The notes beneath the pieces were generated by a model. The model saw only the letters and a list, made by a program, of their open reading frames with translations, was not told the DNA's origin and did not search any database. DNA of 64,000 nt from the human T2T-CHM13v2.0 reference genome, Homo sapiens: assembly GCF_009914755.1 (NCBI RefSeq), contig NC_060938.1; one strand, 5' to 3'. Position 1 is the first letter of the stretch. Each line of letters opens with the position of its first letter. The translations under genes and the position numbers were made by a program. This document shows, piece after piece, positions 39,838 to 54,610 of this stretch.

Positions 39838-41888
39838 TTAAATTTTATTTTTATAATTTGATAAGGTAATTTTTTTTTTTATTGCTAGTGCACCCAAACC
39901 TTTATTTGTAAACTAATCACTCTTTTTGGTGTGTTGATAAGTACTGTTTATACAGTAATGACCTTAACTCTTTGCCATTTTTGTTGCTGACTTTTTCCTG
40001 TTTATTTTTTGTGTATGATATATTTTTAATTTTTATGAAGTTTAGCTTCTATCACTTTAATCTATTGATCTTTCATTGTAATTTCTGTTACTTTAAAAAT
40101 ATTTTTTCATCCAGAAATTAGAAATATTTACCATGACTTTTTCTAGGCTTTTTTGTTTTAATGCTTCTAAATTTTCAATCCATATGGGACTTATTTTGGT
40201 AAATGTATGCCATGAGGTGAGGATCACAAAGATTTTTTTCTAAGCAGCTAGCCAGTAGCTTCAGTACCATTTGTTAAATAAATGATCTCCTCCACCCTTC
40301 CTCCACCCTGGTTTGTGATGCCTGCTTTATTACATACTCTTGTTTCTAGACTATCTGTTTGATTTCATTGATCTGTCTGTTCTTATGCCCGCACCACACT
40401 GACTTAATTAATGCCATTTTACTTATTAATTCTAATTTATTGCCCAAACCACATTAACAGAAATCAAAATTCGCTTATGATCCTACCACCACTACAGAAA
40501 TCTAACTCTTGTCCTTTGGCTGTGTTATTCTTAGTCCTATTTCATGTCTGTTTAATTTTTTAGTTATAGCAGTTGCATGGAAAAAATTTTATAGTTTTTT
40601 TTAAAGTTCCACAGGTTATTCTGTAGTCTTCTAACTTACTAAGTTCTACTGATAAAGTACAAGTCACATTAAAGAATTAATATTATAAAAGGGTCTTGAT
40701 ATGTAGATAGCCTTATACACTACATTAGTAATTGTATGCAGTCTACTGCTGACCAGATGGTTTAGACAATTCTCTATCACATGCGTGTTACACAAATAAA
40801 ATGCTTACCATTTCCACTGTACTCAGGATGCATTTGTACGTACAATGGTGAGTTGATGATGGCATAGCATTTTATAACTTATGAATAGCATTCTTGAATT
40901 TTTGTAGTTTGGCTTGTCATGAATTCAGTTCCCTGTAAAACTTCTGCATTGAGAAAATTCAGCTTCATTTGTAAACCACTGCAGATGAACTTCAAAAAAC
41001 CGTCTTTTTAGTTAAGTCCAATGTTAGAACGTTGTTCTGAGATGTCAGCCATGTGAGTGGAGATGATAATATAATCTTTGTGCCTGGGATGCAACAGGGA
41101 GGAGTGAATCCAGAGTTTGGGGAGAGGGTGGGACAGTCGTCTGAATGCTCTTTCCACTTTCCTGTGTGTTGGCTTTCTGCTTCTGATCCTATAGAAGCCA
41201 GTGAAAAGCCATCACAGTTACTTAAAATGAACACCGTACAATACCTGGGCAACAGTTTCTTTAAAAGTGGAAAAATTGCTGTACTCAATATTCTCTCTGG
41301 CCTTGACACAAAAATCATAGTTCAAAAGTTCATGATGGTGGTCCTTGGTATAATTCTCAGATGTGAGAAAGGTCCCTACACACTTTCGTAGTCTTTTCCC
41401 ATAAGGGACCAATATGTGTTAGTACTTAAAATTGAAAGTAGAGCCACTGAAGGGTCTGGTCAGCTAAGCCTGAGGACTCGAAAGTTCTAGGACAGTGTAT
41501 TCCAGGGAAAGTTACAACTGGGAAGTGATTCTATTAGATTGTCCGGTGAAGAGAGAAAAAAGTACATTTACTTCTTGAACTTTTGTAGGTCGAGAAATGT
41601 GCCTCCAAGGTTCTTAGGAAGACCTTTGACGTGGATATTTTAGTTCTTCCCTACTCCTTCCCCTGCCCCAACACAAACAGCCTCACGTCTTCATTTACTT
41701 CGTTAACTATTATGGAACATTTTGGTGCAAACATGTGAATCAGTTTAACTGGAGAAGTAATAACGTACATCCCAGTCTGCTTGACATTGTAATTGCAGAA
41801 GTATATGATCTAATCCCTGTGTACCTCCCCACCCCAAGTTTCTAGTCCAGAAACCCTTGACAGATAATTAAACAGTTATGGCAAAGTA

Positions 41889-41930
41889 TTAGATTGATGC
41901 AAAAGTAATTGTAGTTTTTGCCATTTTTTA
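41889..41930. mobile_element. MADE1 (Hsmar1 MITE) half-element
   Basis: ttagattgatgcaaaagtaattgtagtttttgccatt matches one MADE1 TIR; the mirror arm is missing. Confidence 0.75.
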
Positions 41931-44928
41931 AATATTGTGCCTTAGCATTCATAATTTTAAGTAGGGTCATTTAGACATTTCTTAAGATATGCATACAGTT
42001 GCAATGGGTTTTTTTTTCCTTTTTTTAAGTTTCTAACTAGACTTTCAAAAGAGAAGCCGTCTGTATTCCAGGTGCTACAGTCCCAAAATAAGTCTCTGAT
42101 ATGTCATGCAAAGTGTTCAGAAAGCAAAGGTGGTTGAAATTACATCAAAATGGTTTCCAAGGCCCTGTCTGTTCTTGTAGAGGTCAGAGAAACCACAGCC
42201 TGCAAAAACACAATTGAGGTCAAAAATCTGAAACACCTGCTGTTCCCAATGAACTGTGTGATGCACATAGAAAGTGTTTGGAAGGGAGGGTCAAGCTAAG
42301 TGAACAGTCATGATAATACCTGGTTGGTCTTGTAGCAGCAAAATTGAGGGGAAATATGAAAGTTTTTAAAATGGATTTTTTTTAATGTTATTGTTGATAC
42401 CCCTATTTGAATGTAAAGTCCCTAACACAAAGAAGCAAGCTTCCTTTAGACTGCATTTACTGCTCTTGATGACTCCAGTTGTGTGTAAATATTAGAAAAC
42501 AGCAGGGTCCTGCATTCCAAGAATCACTTGAGCAGTGCCACGAAGACAAGTGTCCTTACTGGTATTGTAGTCATACTCCCAAGCTCTCCTGCTGTTTCTA
42601 ATCTGTGCGCACAGCCGTGAAAAAACTGGACTGACATTTACAGGCACAGCAGGGAGACACTTGACTAGGGAATGTTGAAGACTACAGCACCTCCAATTCA
42701 AAGTGGCCACCACACATGATAAATCTTCACAGGAGAGCCAGTCTGCACTTCAGCTGATGCCATAATGAGGGTATCTGTAATGAAGCAAAAAGCAGAACAT
42801 TATTCTCCTCTAAACTCAACTTTTTAGCAGTCAGATGTTTATTGTTGCCTTTTTTAAGACCTAAATATCTAAAGGAAAAATCTAATTCTGCGTGGGTGTC
42901 GGATCTATTTCTTTGAAACTTTTTTGGAAGGTCTGTTTCCTTACTGCTCAGTCCTTACTAGGGTTTTACAGGAATGTTCCTTAGTAAAAGAGCATTTACT
43001 CATCAACTCTGAATAGAAATAACACTTCCTGGAATCTTTTCTAACTGGCATGTAAACGAGGGTCAGTCGCTTTCTGCCTCGAGTTCGGCAGATTTTATTC
43101 CCTGTTTTGTCCCAGGGAGCTGCCAGATTCGTATGCCATAATACCAGTAATGCAATTAGGTTTGCTGCACATTGTCTGGTTGACTTCTCAGTTAAGAGTT
43201 TCTTTCCCTGTGGGAATAAGACTAGACAGACTGCCATTTGCTATTACTAATTCTGCTTAGCATTATCACTGGAGCTTTTTTTGTAATTAGCTATCTTAGT
43301 TGGCTCTTAAATTTTAATAGCCAATTGAAGCTACGTTTTCGCCAAGTTCCATATCTAAATTGCATTCAGTCCATTAACAAAGTTGGTTAAAAGGCTATTA
43401 AAAGCCAATATATGGTGGTTCGCACTTTCATCTTTGCGGCAGTAGCAATGCTGGCTTCCTCCGAGTTCTCTAAAGGAACTTACTCTCCTCAAAGTTACAC
43501 ATAAACTGGACACAACTTCTGAGCGGCAAGAAATTAATGACAAGATTTTTAGCATGCTAACATATTTCAAAAATGTCACTGCCTACCCCCTTTGCCTTTT
43601 GGTGAGGGTTCTTCCAGGGTTTGGTTTCATTTGGTTGATGGCGATGAAGGAAGGAAGAAAGACATTTAATATTGTAACTTAAAATTGATGGTTTTTGAAA
43701 AGTGAATAATTGAAATGATGTTTTTCTCCATTTTAGCTTATCAAAATTATTAGCAAAACCATCTGAGGCACCTTCTGGTAGAATTATAGTCTCGCTGGGT
43801 TTAGTTTGTAAAACATTCTGCCAGACATTTAAAAAAAAAAAAATTGTAGTGGAGCCAACACATAGGCTCAGAGCACTCTTTGCCTAATTGATAGTCCTCG
43901 TTATTATTATGGTTAAAGTCAGAAGACCATTTCTAACACTCCCCCACCCTTGGCAAATTAGTTTACCATGATTTTAATTTCTACATTGAGTCCCCCTTCC
44001 TCCAAATTGGAACGTTAGTTCAGTTTTCCATTTTCAAAGGTACTTAATTTCAAAAATTTTTACAATTTGTAATGCAGGCTGTCAAAAGAAATTAGACTGG
44101 TACAGGGTGCATTCAGTGTACATTTATCTCTGAATCGTTAGTATCCTGGGAATGAAGACGTGGAGAGAAACTAGTGGGCAAATACATCCTGTCACCTTGA
44201 CTCAGTCCAGTGCAACTGAAACAGCCCTCCACCCCCACCCTGCCCCATTTTGCCAGTGTCCTATTTTGAAAAGAATAGTTTTTCTGTTTCAAAAATCTAC
44301 AGATTTTTTAAGACTCCAAATGATGGCTTTTTCTATTGCCCCATTCAGAAGCTATTAGAAATTGTATTTAATCTTAAATTTTTCAAAGTCACAAGAGGGT
44401 CAAATACTTTCCATCTCCCTCTATTTGACCATTCTTCCATAGCTAGCTTTCTCTATCACCCCCAGAACTGTGATCAGGCTTTGTCTTTGATGATGTTATC
44501 TTCCCTACTGAAAGCCACCTGGCAGACAAAATCTGGGTGGAGGTAATTCTGCTAAAATTACGTTTCCATTTTAGGAGTCCATATTCACATGGGATTTTTC
44601 ATACAAGTTTACTTTTTCAGTCTTTGGCTAGATGGCTGAGGCAACATCAATGAAAGTATAAGAGCTTCACATGTCTTAGCAAAGCAACAGCTGGATGGTC
44701 TCTGATGATTTTTGTTCTATACCAGAAGCTGATAGAAAAGGACAAGAGAGGTCATTTTATCCATGTTAAGATTATAATGCAGTAAAATTAATATGTTATT
44801 GTATATGTAACTAATTGAGCTTTAATAAAAATAAAACTGGCTTTAAAAATCATGTCACAAAACTCTCTAAGAGATGAGTTTGATGGCTTCTCCTATGGAA
44901 GACAAAGCAAGAACAGCCCTGCTGTGTG

Positions 44929-45003
44929 TTTTTTGTTTTGTTTTGTTTTGTTTTTTGAGATGGAGTCTCTGTCGCCCAGGCTGGAGTGCAGTGGTGTGAT
45001 CTT
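44929..45003 (-). mobile_element. 5'-truncated Alu (3' ~50 nt plus (TTTTG)n tail)
   Basis: gagatggagtctctgtcgcccaggctggagtgcagtggtgtgatct, then similarity stops abruptly. Confidence 0.85.
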
Positions 45004-45467
45004 TTGGGTGCTAACTTTCCCATGCTCCTGAATTGCACATGTGGAATGCAATGTTCCTGGTAGGCATCTCATACAACCCCTAGAGAAGGAAAGGAGAGGG
45101 GCCTTCAGGAACCTGGTAGAAGCCTGGGCAGAGTTGGCTGACGTCACTTGGTCTGGAATGAGAGAGGATTTGACATTGCACACAGTACAGGAGGCACCTC
45201 ACGTGTTACCATGTGATTCACTTAAGGTCTTTTCTCTTGGACTGGTCTATTTCCTTAGAGAAGGTTCTATCTGTTGCCCAGAGGGCTGAATTTTGAAGAC
45301 CATAGTTAAGAGAGCACCATCCAATTCATCAGCTTTGCCTTTTAGGGATTATGCTTTTGGTGTCTGGTCTAAGAATTTGGCCTAGCCCTAGATTCTGAAG
45401 ATTTTTCAATTTTCCCTGAAAGTTCTAGAGTTTTATGTTCTACATCTAAGGCTTTGATCTATTTTGA

Positions 45468-45916
<449 letters not shown>

Positions 45917-46312
45917 TCAGAAAAAATTAGACATATTTGTAGATGAGTCTATTTGTGGATTTTCTATTCAGCTAGCTCTATGTCCACTGATCTGCCAGTA
46001 TCACACTGTTTTGATTACTGTAGCTATATAGTGAGCTTTGGTATTAGATTCCTCCCGCTTGGTCATTTTTAAAGATTGGTTTAGCTATTCGAGAACTTTT
46101 GCCTTTCTATACAAATTTTAGAATGAAATTGAGGTCTACAAAAAATGGTATTGAAACTACAGACAATTTTGGGAGAACTGACATCTTTATTGTGTTAAAT
46201 CTTTCGATCTATGAACACAATACTTTGTTGTTGTTGTTGTTGTTGTTTAGGTCTTTGAGTTTCAATATACAATCCTGTACTTAGTTTGTTAAGTGTATAC
46301 CTAAGAATTTAA

Positions 46313-46691
<379 letters not shown>

Positions 46692-47639
46692 TAAAGAAAT
46701 ACAATTTTTGAGTTTTGTGTTTTGCTGTCACATTGACGAATTTACTATTTATCAATTTTAAAACTTAAGTATTGAGTTCTTATTATGATAGATGAGATTT
46801 TAGCTCTCTTGTACTCTTCCCCTTCCCCTATCCTTTCGTACAATTAGGTATTTTTAGATAAATTGGTAGTCAGGGTTTACATTGTTTCAACTAGGTAGAT
46901 ATTACTTATTTCAGTGTATTGTGATGTCGTTTCCTTTTTTGGTAAAACTTTTTGCTTCTGTTGGAATTAAAAATTGCCTCATTAATCTTTTTCTAAGTTT
47001 TTTACATATTTTTGACTATTTACAGTTATTCCATCAGATCTATTATAACACCCACCAGTAGTTTTTTATTTCACATGTTCAATCATATCAGAAAATTCAT
47101 CAATTTGTTTTTAAATTGGATGCCTCCCTTCTGGAGTGTTTCTTTTTGTTCCACCTGATATCAAGTTGTCTTTGGCATCCTGTGCAGAGCTTCACCTAAA
47201 GCTTCTCCTCACCATAATTTTGGACTTCTCTTTACCACTTTGCTGTATTGTATCTCCCGTTCCTGATTTCTGTAGCTTCTTTCCTGATTTTGTCTCTTGC
47301 TTTGCACTAGTACATCCTGCAGAAGCTTCTTTAAAAAGATGTATGGGAAGCTATTATTTTTAATCCTTGCATGTCGGAAAATATCTGAGTTACCTTCACA
47401 TCTGTTAGATAGTTTGGCTAGGTGTAGCAGCCTGGTTTGAAAATTATTTTCCTTCAGATTTTAAAAAGATGTTGCACCGCTCATTGTGTTTTAGCATTTA
47501 ATGTTGCCTAGGGGGAAGCTTAGTGCATTCTGATGCCCTTTCCACTTTGAAACTCTTGGGATCTTCTCTTTGTCCTTCTGTTGTAACATTTCATGGCCAT
47601 GCACCTTCATGAGGCTTCCTGTCATTTATTGTGTCGGTA

Positions 47640-48240
47640 ACTCAATTATTTGTCAAATATTGAATGCTTACTTTGGCACTATTCTGCACTCCAGAGATAC
47701 TGCAGTGAATAAGACAAGGTTTTCACCTTATGTAGCTTATAACCTGGTAGGGGAAAAAAGATAAGAAATATATAAATACAATAATTTCAGTCAGTGACAA
47801 ATACGATGAATATAAAACAGAAAAGGGAAATTGAGGAATGTTTTTTGGACTGTAGGTGCTATGTTAGAGTGACCAGGGAAGATCTCTCTGAGGAGGCGAT
47901 GTGAGTGCTGAGGCCTAGAGGTGAGAAAGAAGAAGCTCCTGGGGAAGACAGAGGATGGAGGCAGAAGCGGGTGGAAAGGACCTGTGGTTGGCGTGTGGGA
48001 GGAACAGAGAGCACCGTGTGCCTGGAGTGGGTGAGGAAGGAGTGCCAGGCAGGAAGTCTGAGAGTCCAGCAGAAGCCATATCACGCGGGGCTACCGAAAG
48101 GAGTTTGGATTTTATCCTATTTGAAATGAAAAGCCCTTGGAAAGTGACACTCGCAGGGGTGAGAGGCTCTGCTTGACACGGCTCCGGGAGGACAGACTGG
48201 AGAGGAATACAAGTTGTAGCAGGGTGACCACAGAGGAGGC
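47640..48240 (-). mobile_element. L2 3' fragment
   Basis: caaatattgaatgcttac..ggcact..gatactgcagtgaataagaca..cagggaagatctctctgaggagg. Confidence 0.7.
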
Positions 48241-49444
48241 TGTTTCAGACTTTCCTGTGATGGGTTTTGACTCAGTGGCCCTTTCAGACCAGCACACTGT
48301 GCTTTTCAGTTCTGGGAAGTATTCTTGTATTACTTCTTTGATGATTTTCTCCCCTCCAGCTTCTCTGTTCTGTGTTCCCAGAACTCTCAGCAATTATTTG
48401 TTGCACTTCTCTCCTGTTTTTTTTCTCTTTGTTTTTTCATTCTATTTTTTTTGAGCTGTTTTCGTTTTATCCTTCAGCATTTTTAGAGATGTTTTAATAA
48501 GATTTTGGAGGGTTAGGCCTTGCTGAGTGGAGAAGGAAGGCTAGGGTCCAAGTGAGCCCCCTTATTTTCAACCCTGTGCTCTGTCCCCAGCTCCCAGAGG
48601 AACCTGGAGGGCCATGTCACTCAGGAGAGCCCTCCAAGGGCTGCTTGTGCTCTGTTAGGTCAGTTATTCCTCTTCCATCCTCTCCTCTTCTCAAAAATAT
48701 ATTTATTTAATGTGTTTACTTATCGATCACAATGCACTTACCTAACATATTTATTGGGTTTTCACACTCTGCCAGGCACTGAGTTAACGTTGCTAGATGA
48801 AAAGACAGGCAGAACTATTTGCCTGCTAATTTGTTTCCGTTTTCTTCAAAGGAAAATACTTCCTTAAGGGATGCTCACAGCTCTCTTGAGCTTTGAGCAT
48901 GTCAGGAGGATAGTTAACGCAGTTCAGAAGAACCCAAGTGTCCAAGCATTGGCCTGTTGCGCACTAGGGATAGCTGGAGTGTGCTGGTGTGTGATGGCCA
49001 AAACACTGGTAGGGATTTCTGAGTCATCACGGAAAATGTAAAGAATGTCAGAGACCTGAAATGGGAAAATATTCTACTTGTTTTCAAGCATCAATGCCCT
49101 ATAATCTGCGTTTACGAATTTAAATATATGATGCTAACCTAAATGTTTCCTTCTTCTTCTTTGTTTTTTTTAAGTTTTCTGTCTTTCTTCCTCCTTCCTT
49201 CTCTCCCTTAGGAGAGAATAAAAAGAGTGAAAGTTTATTTACTTTGCTAGTACTTAGGAGGAATAAAAGGAGTGAAAGTTTATTTTTAACAAGACCAAAG
49301 GGCCTGGAAAAAGTGCAGAATCTTGGCATGGTAGCCTCAGGCGGAGTTGTAGCTAGGACGCAGTCATCCAGAGGAGTCACCACTCTGCTGTGGGCGCTCA
49401 GTCCTTATTTCCACACTTTCATCACATTTCTATGTGAAGACACC

Positions 49445-49794
49445 TGCATTAGTCTGTTCTCACGCTGCTGATAAAGACATACCCAAGACTGGACTGGGTA
49501 ATAAGGTTTAATGGACTCGCAGTTCCATGTGGCTGGGGAGGCCTCACAATCACGGAACAAGGCAAAAGACACATCTTACATGGCTCGGACAACAGAGAAT
49601 GAGAAAGTGAAAGGGATTTTCCCTTGTAAAACCATCAGATCTCATGGGACTTATTCACTACCACAAGAGCAGTACGGGAGAAACTGCCCCCATGATTCAA
49701 TTATCTCCCACTGGGTCCCTCCTACAACATGTAGGAATTATGGGAGCTACAATTCCAGATGAGATTTGGGTGGAGACACAGCCAAACCATATCA
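49445..49794 (-). mobile_element. THE1 (THE1B-like) solo LTR
   Basis: TG..attagtctgttctcacgctgctgataaagacatacc...gagatttgggtggagacacagccaaaccatatCA. Confidence 0.92.
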
Positions 49795-50679
49795 ACATTG
49801 AAGTCAGGCTCATCATGCTTGCAGATGAAATGGTTGGTACTTTGCATGATATCAAGAGTCAGAAGATTCTGGAGGATGTTTCTGTTTCCAAATCGGTCTC
49901 CCTCAGCAGCCTGTGAACCTCTTGTCTCTTGATCTTTTTAGCCTCTGTACCAAGCACAGTGTCTGGCTCCTACATGTGGTTGTGCAGGAGAAATATTTGT
50001 TGAATAAATGAATGAATGGTTGGGAAATGAGGAAAACTAGAAAATGAAATCAATCTGCCAAACATTTATATTAAGAAAAAAGAATAGCAATTACCCAAGA
50101 ATAGGCTGAAGGAGACGTGGCCTAGCAGCAGATCGCGTGGGAAAGAGCAGCAGGCTTGTGTTGATCGCCGCTTCCTAGGCTGAGTGGAAGCTGCTTAGCC
50201 CATGCGCTCTCTCTGCACCCAGTGGACCTCATCTTGGTGCCCTCATTTGTATGGACCTGGAAGAATTGAGGTGGCTCCATATGAGGGCAGGCAGCATGGA
50301 GAATGGTTAAGCAACCCGTTACACAAGGAGATGGGAAAACTGGGACATCTAGAGAGGCACACAGAGGTGGTCATGGGGAATGTGGTGGAGAAGGCCAGTG
50401 TCTACAGATATTCAAAAGTTTGTCATGGGGGAGAAGAGCACGACTCTTCAGAGTCACTGGAGAAGGTAGAACTAGGCCCAGTGAGGTGCAAGTTAATGGG
50501 AGATGTCACAGTACAGAGGTGTCACTGATAGGTATTTAAGTTCAAGTGGAACCAGAAGACCTAAGATGCTGTGAACTCACCTTTGGAAACTTGAAGCAGA
50601 GATTGCTGAATGTATTACTGTGGGGACTCTTATATTAGAACCTACATCTTTTAATAGTCAAATTATGAAGCACTAATAT

Positions 50680-50930
50680 TAACTGTCTTTTATGGGGAGC
50701 TTGCTATGTTCCAGGCACTGTGCTATTTTATGCACATTGTGTCATTTAATCTCCATTAGCAACCCTGTGACAGGAGTGCTAGGATTTTCTAGGAATCTGA
50801 TGCTTAAAGAGGTCAAGTGACTTGCCTGAAGTCATAGCTAGTAAGTTGTACAGTAGTATCTGAGCCCACACTCGCATGGCTCCAGAGCCACCCTCTTCAC
50901 AGCTATACCTGTGGCCATAATATCTGACTT
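50680..50930 (-). mobile_element. MIR
   Basis: gagcttgctatgttccaggcactgtgct...tcatttaatct...aagtgacttgcctgaagtcatagctagtaagt. Confidence 0.7.
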
Positions 50931-51062
50931 GATACCATGTACAGCCATTGCAGCGTGGCCCTTGTAACTCCAAAATATTTTCTACCCTGATTGTATTAGT
51001 GTGAGCTAAGTCCTACTGCAATAACAAACAATTCCAAAATCTGTGGCTTAAAAATCACAAGG

Positions 51063-51352
51063 CTGATACTATCATGAAGAATACATATCATTATACACTT
51101 GTCCAAACCCATCAAAATGTACAGTGCTGACAGTGAACCCTAACGTACACTGTGGACCTCGAGTGATAATGATGTGTCAGTGAAGTTTGTCAGTTGTAAC
51201 AAATGCACCACTCTGATAGGGGAAGTGGATAATGGCGGGGGACAGGGAGGCTACGCACATGTGGGGGCAGGAGGCAAGGGGCAGGCACCTCTCTCTTAAT
51301 TTTGCTGTGAACCTAAAACTGCCCTAAAAGAAAAAATAACATCTTCGGGGAA
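51063..51352 (+). mobile_element. L1MC-like 3' end inserted in an old MLT1 LTR, with 13-bp TSD
   Basis: gtccaaacccat..gtgaaccctaa..gtaacaaatgcaccactctg..ttttgctgtgaacctaaaactgc; AAAAATCACAAGG at 51050-51062 and 51353-51365. Confidence 0.8.
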
Positions 51353-52357
51353 AAAAATCACAAGGATTTGTCTCTTTTCCATGTCCCATGACCTAGGCTG
51401 CTCTGTTCCCAGAGGAGGTATATGTGGTGACCAACGTGAGTGGCTTCCACACCTATGCAATAAGACGTTAAAGTAATAAGTTATTGGTGTCAGATCATGG
51501 CCTAAATGGCATGCATGTTAAGTAATAAGATTTGAATTCCCTTGTGGCTCATGGAAAGATATCTTCTTGTTTTATAATTACCCATGGACTTTCTCATTTT
51601 GTAGCTCTCTTGGGTATAATAAGCCTTGGTGGTAGAAGGGTGAGCTATGCTATCACTGCTGCCACAGTCAACTGAGATATAGGAACTTTGGGGTGCACTC
51701 CATGCCTCTCTTCTGGCGTCTGGCATTTGGTATAGGAACATAGGCGGGCATCCATCAAGCATTTTCTGTCTATAGCAGAGGGGATAAGTCCTGTGTCTAC
51801 ACAGTTTCAGATTCTCTCTCTTTCCCTTTCTCCGCTCTTACTCATAACATAATTCTCCATCCTTGTTTGCAAAATTAGGCACCAAATTCAGAAATAAACC
51901 AATGTGCAAAAGGGCAGAGGTTCTTACCTTGACTGATAGATCCCTGCCATTTTCAGAACATAGATATGGTGGATAAAGTGGCAGGAACTACTGATGGGGC
52001 AGTAATTGAGGTCAGTTAGGAGACATTCCAGATGGCAGAAGTTGTGTTCTATGTATGTGAAGCTTAGGGGGACTTTTTTCTTCACTTTTTTTCTTACTGC
52101 AGGATACAGGAATAACTCTAAAATTAATGATGTTTCAAAGGTAGGAAGTTGTAATTTCAAGTCAGTAAAATGTTGCCATCGTTCATCTCTTGTATATGCC
52201 CCTCCCCACCAGCCGGAAGGATTAGAGTTGGCAAGGGTGCATGATTGACAGTGATGCCCATCCCTCCGAACACAAAATAAGGAACATGGCCAGAGCTGCT
52301 TCAAGTGGAACCTCACGAATTTCTCTTACTCTTTGATTTCTTGAATTTTGCTAAAGT

Positions 52358-52935
52358 TAGGGTTGCCAAATAAAATACAGAACATTGTCTTAGTTGATTT
52401 CTGCTGCAAAATACCTTACACTGGGTAGTTTATAAATAATAGAAATGTATTTCTCACAATGATGGAGACTGGGAAGTTCAAGACCAAGGTGCCAGCAGAT
52501 TTGGTGTCTGGTGAGGACTCATCCTCTGCTTCTGAGACATCCTCCTCCCTGGTGTGCTCACATGGCATGCGGCAAATATGTTGTCCTCACGTGGCAGAAG
52601 GGCAAAAGGGCCAGGCAGCTCTCGAAAGCCTCTTTATAAGGGCATGTAATTCCATTCACAAGAGCTGTGCCCTCTTGTCTCAATCACTTCCCAAAAGGCC
52701 CCTCCTCTTGATACCGCCACAATGGGGATTAAGTTTCAACATGAATTTTGGAGGGGACGCAAACATTCAAACCATAGCAGATGCCTGGCTAAATCTGAAT
52801 TTCAGATAAACAACGAAGAATTTTTTAGTGTAAATATGTCCCCAATATTGCCTAGGACATCCTTATACTAAAACCAGTGTTCATTATTCATCCGAAATTC
52901 AGATTTAACTGGGCGTCTTATATTTCTGCTTGCCA
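52358..52935. mobile_element. MER53-like hAT element split by a MaLR LTR
   Basis: agggttgccaaataaaatacag ... ctaaatctgaatttcagataaacaac ... ccgaaattcagatttaactgggcgtc (internally palindromic). Confidence 0.7.
52386..52779 (-). mobile_element. MST/MLT1A-type MaLR solo LTR
   Basis: tgtcttagtt...gggaagttcaagaccaaggtgccagcagatttggtgtctggtgagg...aacattcaaaccatagca. Confidence 0.85.
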
Positions 52936-53982
52936 AGCCCCACCTAAAATGCAACTGCTTCTAACTATCAAATGATAGGAGACAGAGCTCAGGAAAGTGC
53001 ACGCCAAACAGCTACACGGTTGCAATGTCTCAGATTGCATTCCCGAACACGTAATTTGGGAATCAGTAAGGTGCACAACAGAATGCTAAAGACAAATGCC
53101 TTTCATCTGCTTCCAAGAAAGGCATGATTGTGCGTCTTGGGTTACTAGAAATCCTCTTCATTACCCTCCACAAGGAAAGAACCGCAGCAGCGAACACACT
53201 CCAAGGTAACAATTAGCCCTCAACTGTAGCTGGATGGAGGTAGATAGGGGTAAGACTAATCTGCTCCATGAAGCAAGAGAGTAATGCCAAAACCCAAGGC
53301 AGAGCCTTTTCTGTGCACGAGCCAGTAGCCTAACCATGGGAGGCAAAACAGAATGCTTCCAAAGAGGTGGTTTCATTCAACTCTTTGGCCATTAAAAGCT
53401 TGTCCTTGTGTTTATGGGGGCAACAGAGAAGAAATGGGAGTGAAAATCGTACGTTTGAATTGGTTGGTCCATCATTTCTCTCCGCACTGTGTTCGGCTAT
53501 GCAAAGAGACAGACCTGGACTGTTTCATCGAATCATTTGACACATTTTTGAGCCACTAGGTTCTCGGTGAGTAATGAATCCTCCCCTCTTGGGACCACAG
53601 TCTGGGAGCATTTGATGTATCACAGTATTTTGTATTCATTTGTAGAGAGGGTTTACTGGGCTAGGCACTGAAGTAGGAGCTTTTTTGTTCCCGGGTCTCA
53701 TTGACTCCTCACAGCCACCTGAGAGGTTTATCCTGTTTGATAGATGTGGCCTCTAATGCTTACTTCTCAGGCAACATGGAGACTCGTTATCCTTTCCACG
53801 AACTTAGAGATGCCCTGAGCACTCAGCATCCACTTAGCACAGCCCCCAAACACATAGATCCAGGCCCCATCTCTCACTTTGAGATGAGAAAACTGAGGCT
53901 CATTGAGATTAAGTGAAATATCCAAAGTCACAGTTGTTGTGACGACATTGATTTGCAGATACATCTCACCTAAGGTCATCTG

Positions 53983-54610
53983 GTGTCTTAAATTGGGTCC
54001 CCAGGAAATAGACCCTGAAATGGAAAGGACTCTCGTGTTGAAGTTTGCTGAGGAGTGCCTTGAGATTCACAGCTGTAGACAGCCGTGTGCTGCTGAATGA
54101 GTTAACAATCCTCTGGCATGGGGGTTGGGGGATCTTGATTTGTGGAGTTCGACAGTTTTAGTGTAAATTCTCCCACCATGGCCTATTTCTAAGCTACCAA
54201 CTTGATGTCACTGAATGTGGCACTGGGAAGAGGTGCACGGAATCGGCTCTCACCAGCTGGTGCCATCAGTACCAGCGCACCCCTGCCTATGGGGGGGTGA
54301 GGGAAGCTGGGCTGTGCAGAGGGAGAAATTAAATCATAGGGTAGTCACAAGAAAGGCCTCGGCCAATCCCAGAAAGCTTGAACTGGGATGGTCCTTCAGC
54401 AAAGTCCCAAATTGAGGCACAGGGTAGAACCTTTGTGCCCCCTTTCCCCATATGGACTGTTACTAGATATGGGTTGCCCCAAGTTAAAGCAGCTCCCTTC
54501 CACCAAGGGCAGTTCTTGAGCAACTCTCATCAGTCAGTGCCCATGTTCCCAACAGCTGGAGGAAGACACTTCAGTCCTGCAGGGGCATCGGGGTGATACA
54601 TCACTGCATC
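53983..54610 (-). mobile_element. LTR16-like ERVL LTR interrupted by MER63
   Basis: tgtcttaaattgggtccccaggaaatagaccctga...gcagagggagaa...ggcctcggccaatcc...gtcccaaattgaggc. Confidence 0.6.
54079..54284. mobile_element. MER63A-like hAT-Blackjack element
   Basis: gtgtaaattctcccaccatggcctatttctaagctaccaacttgatgtcactgaa...gggaagaggtgcac..aatcggctctc. Confidence 0.75.
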
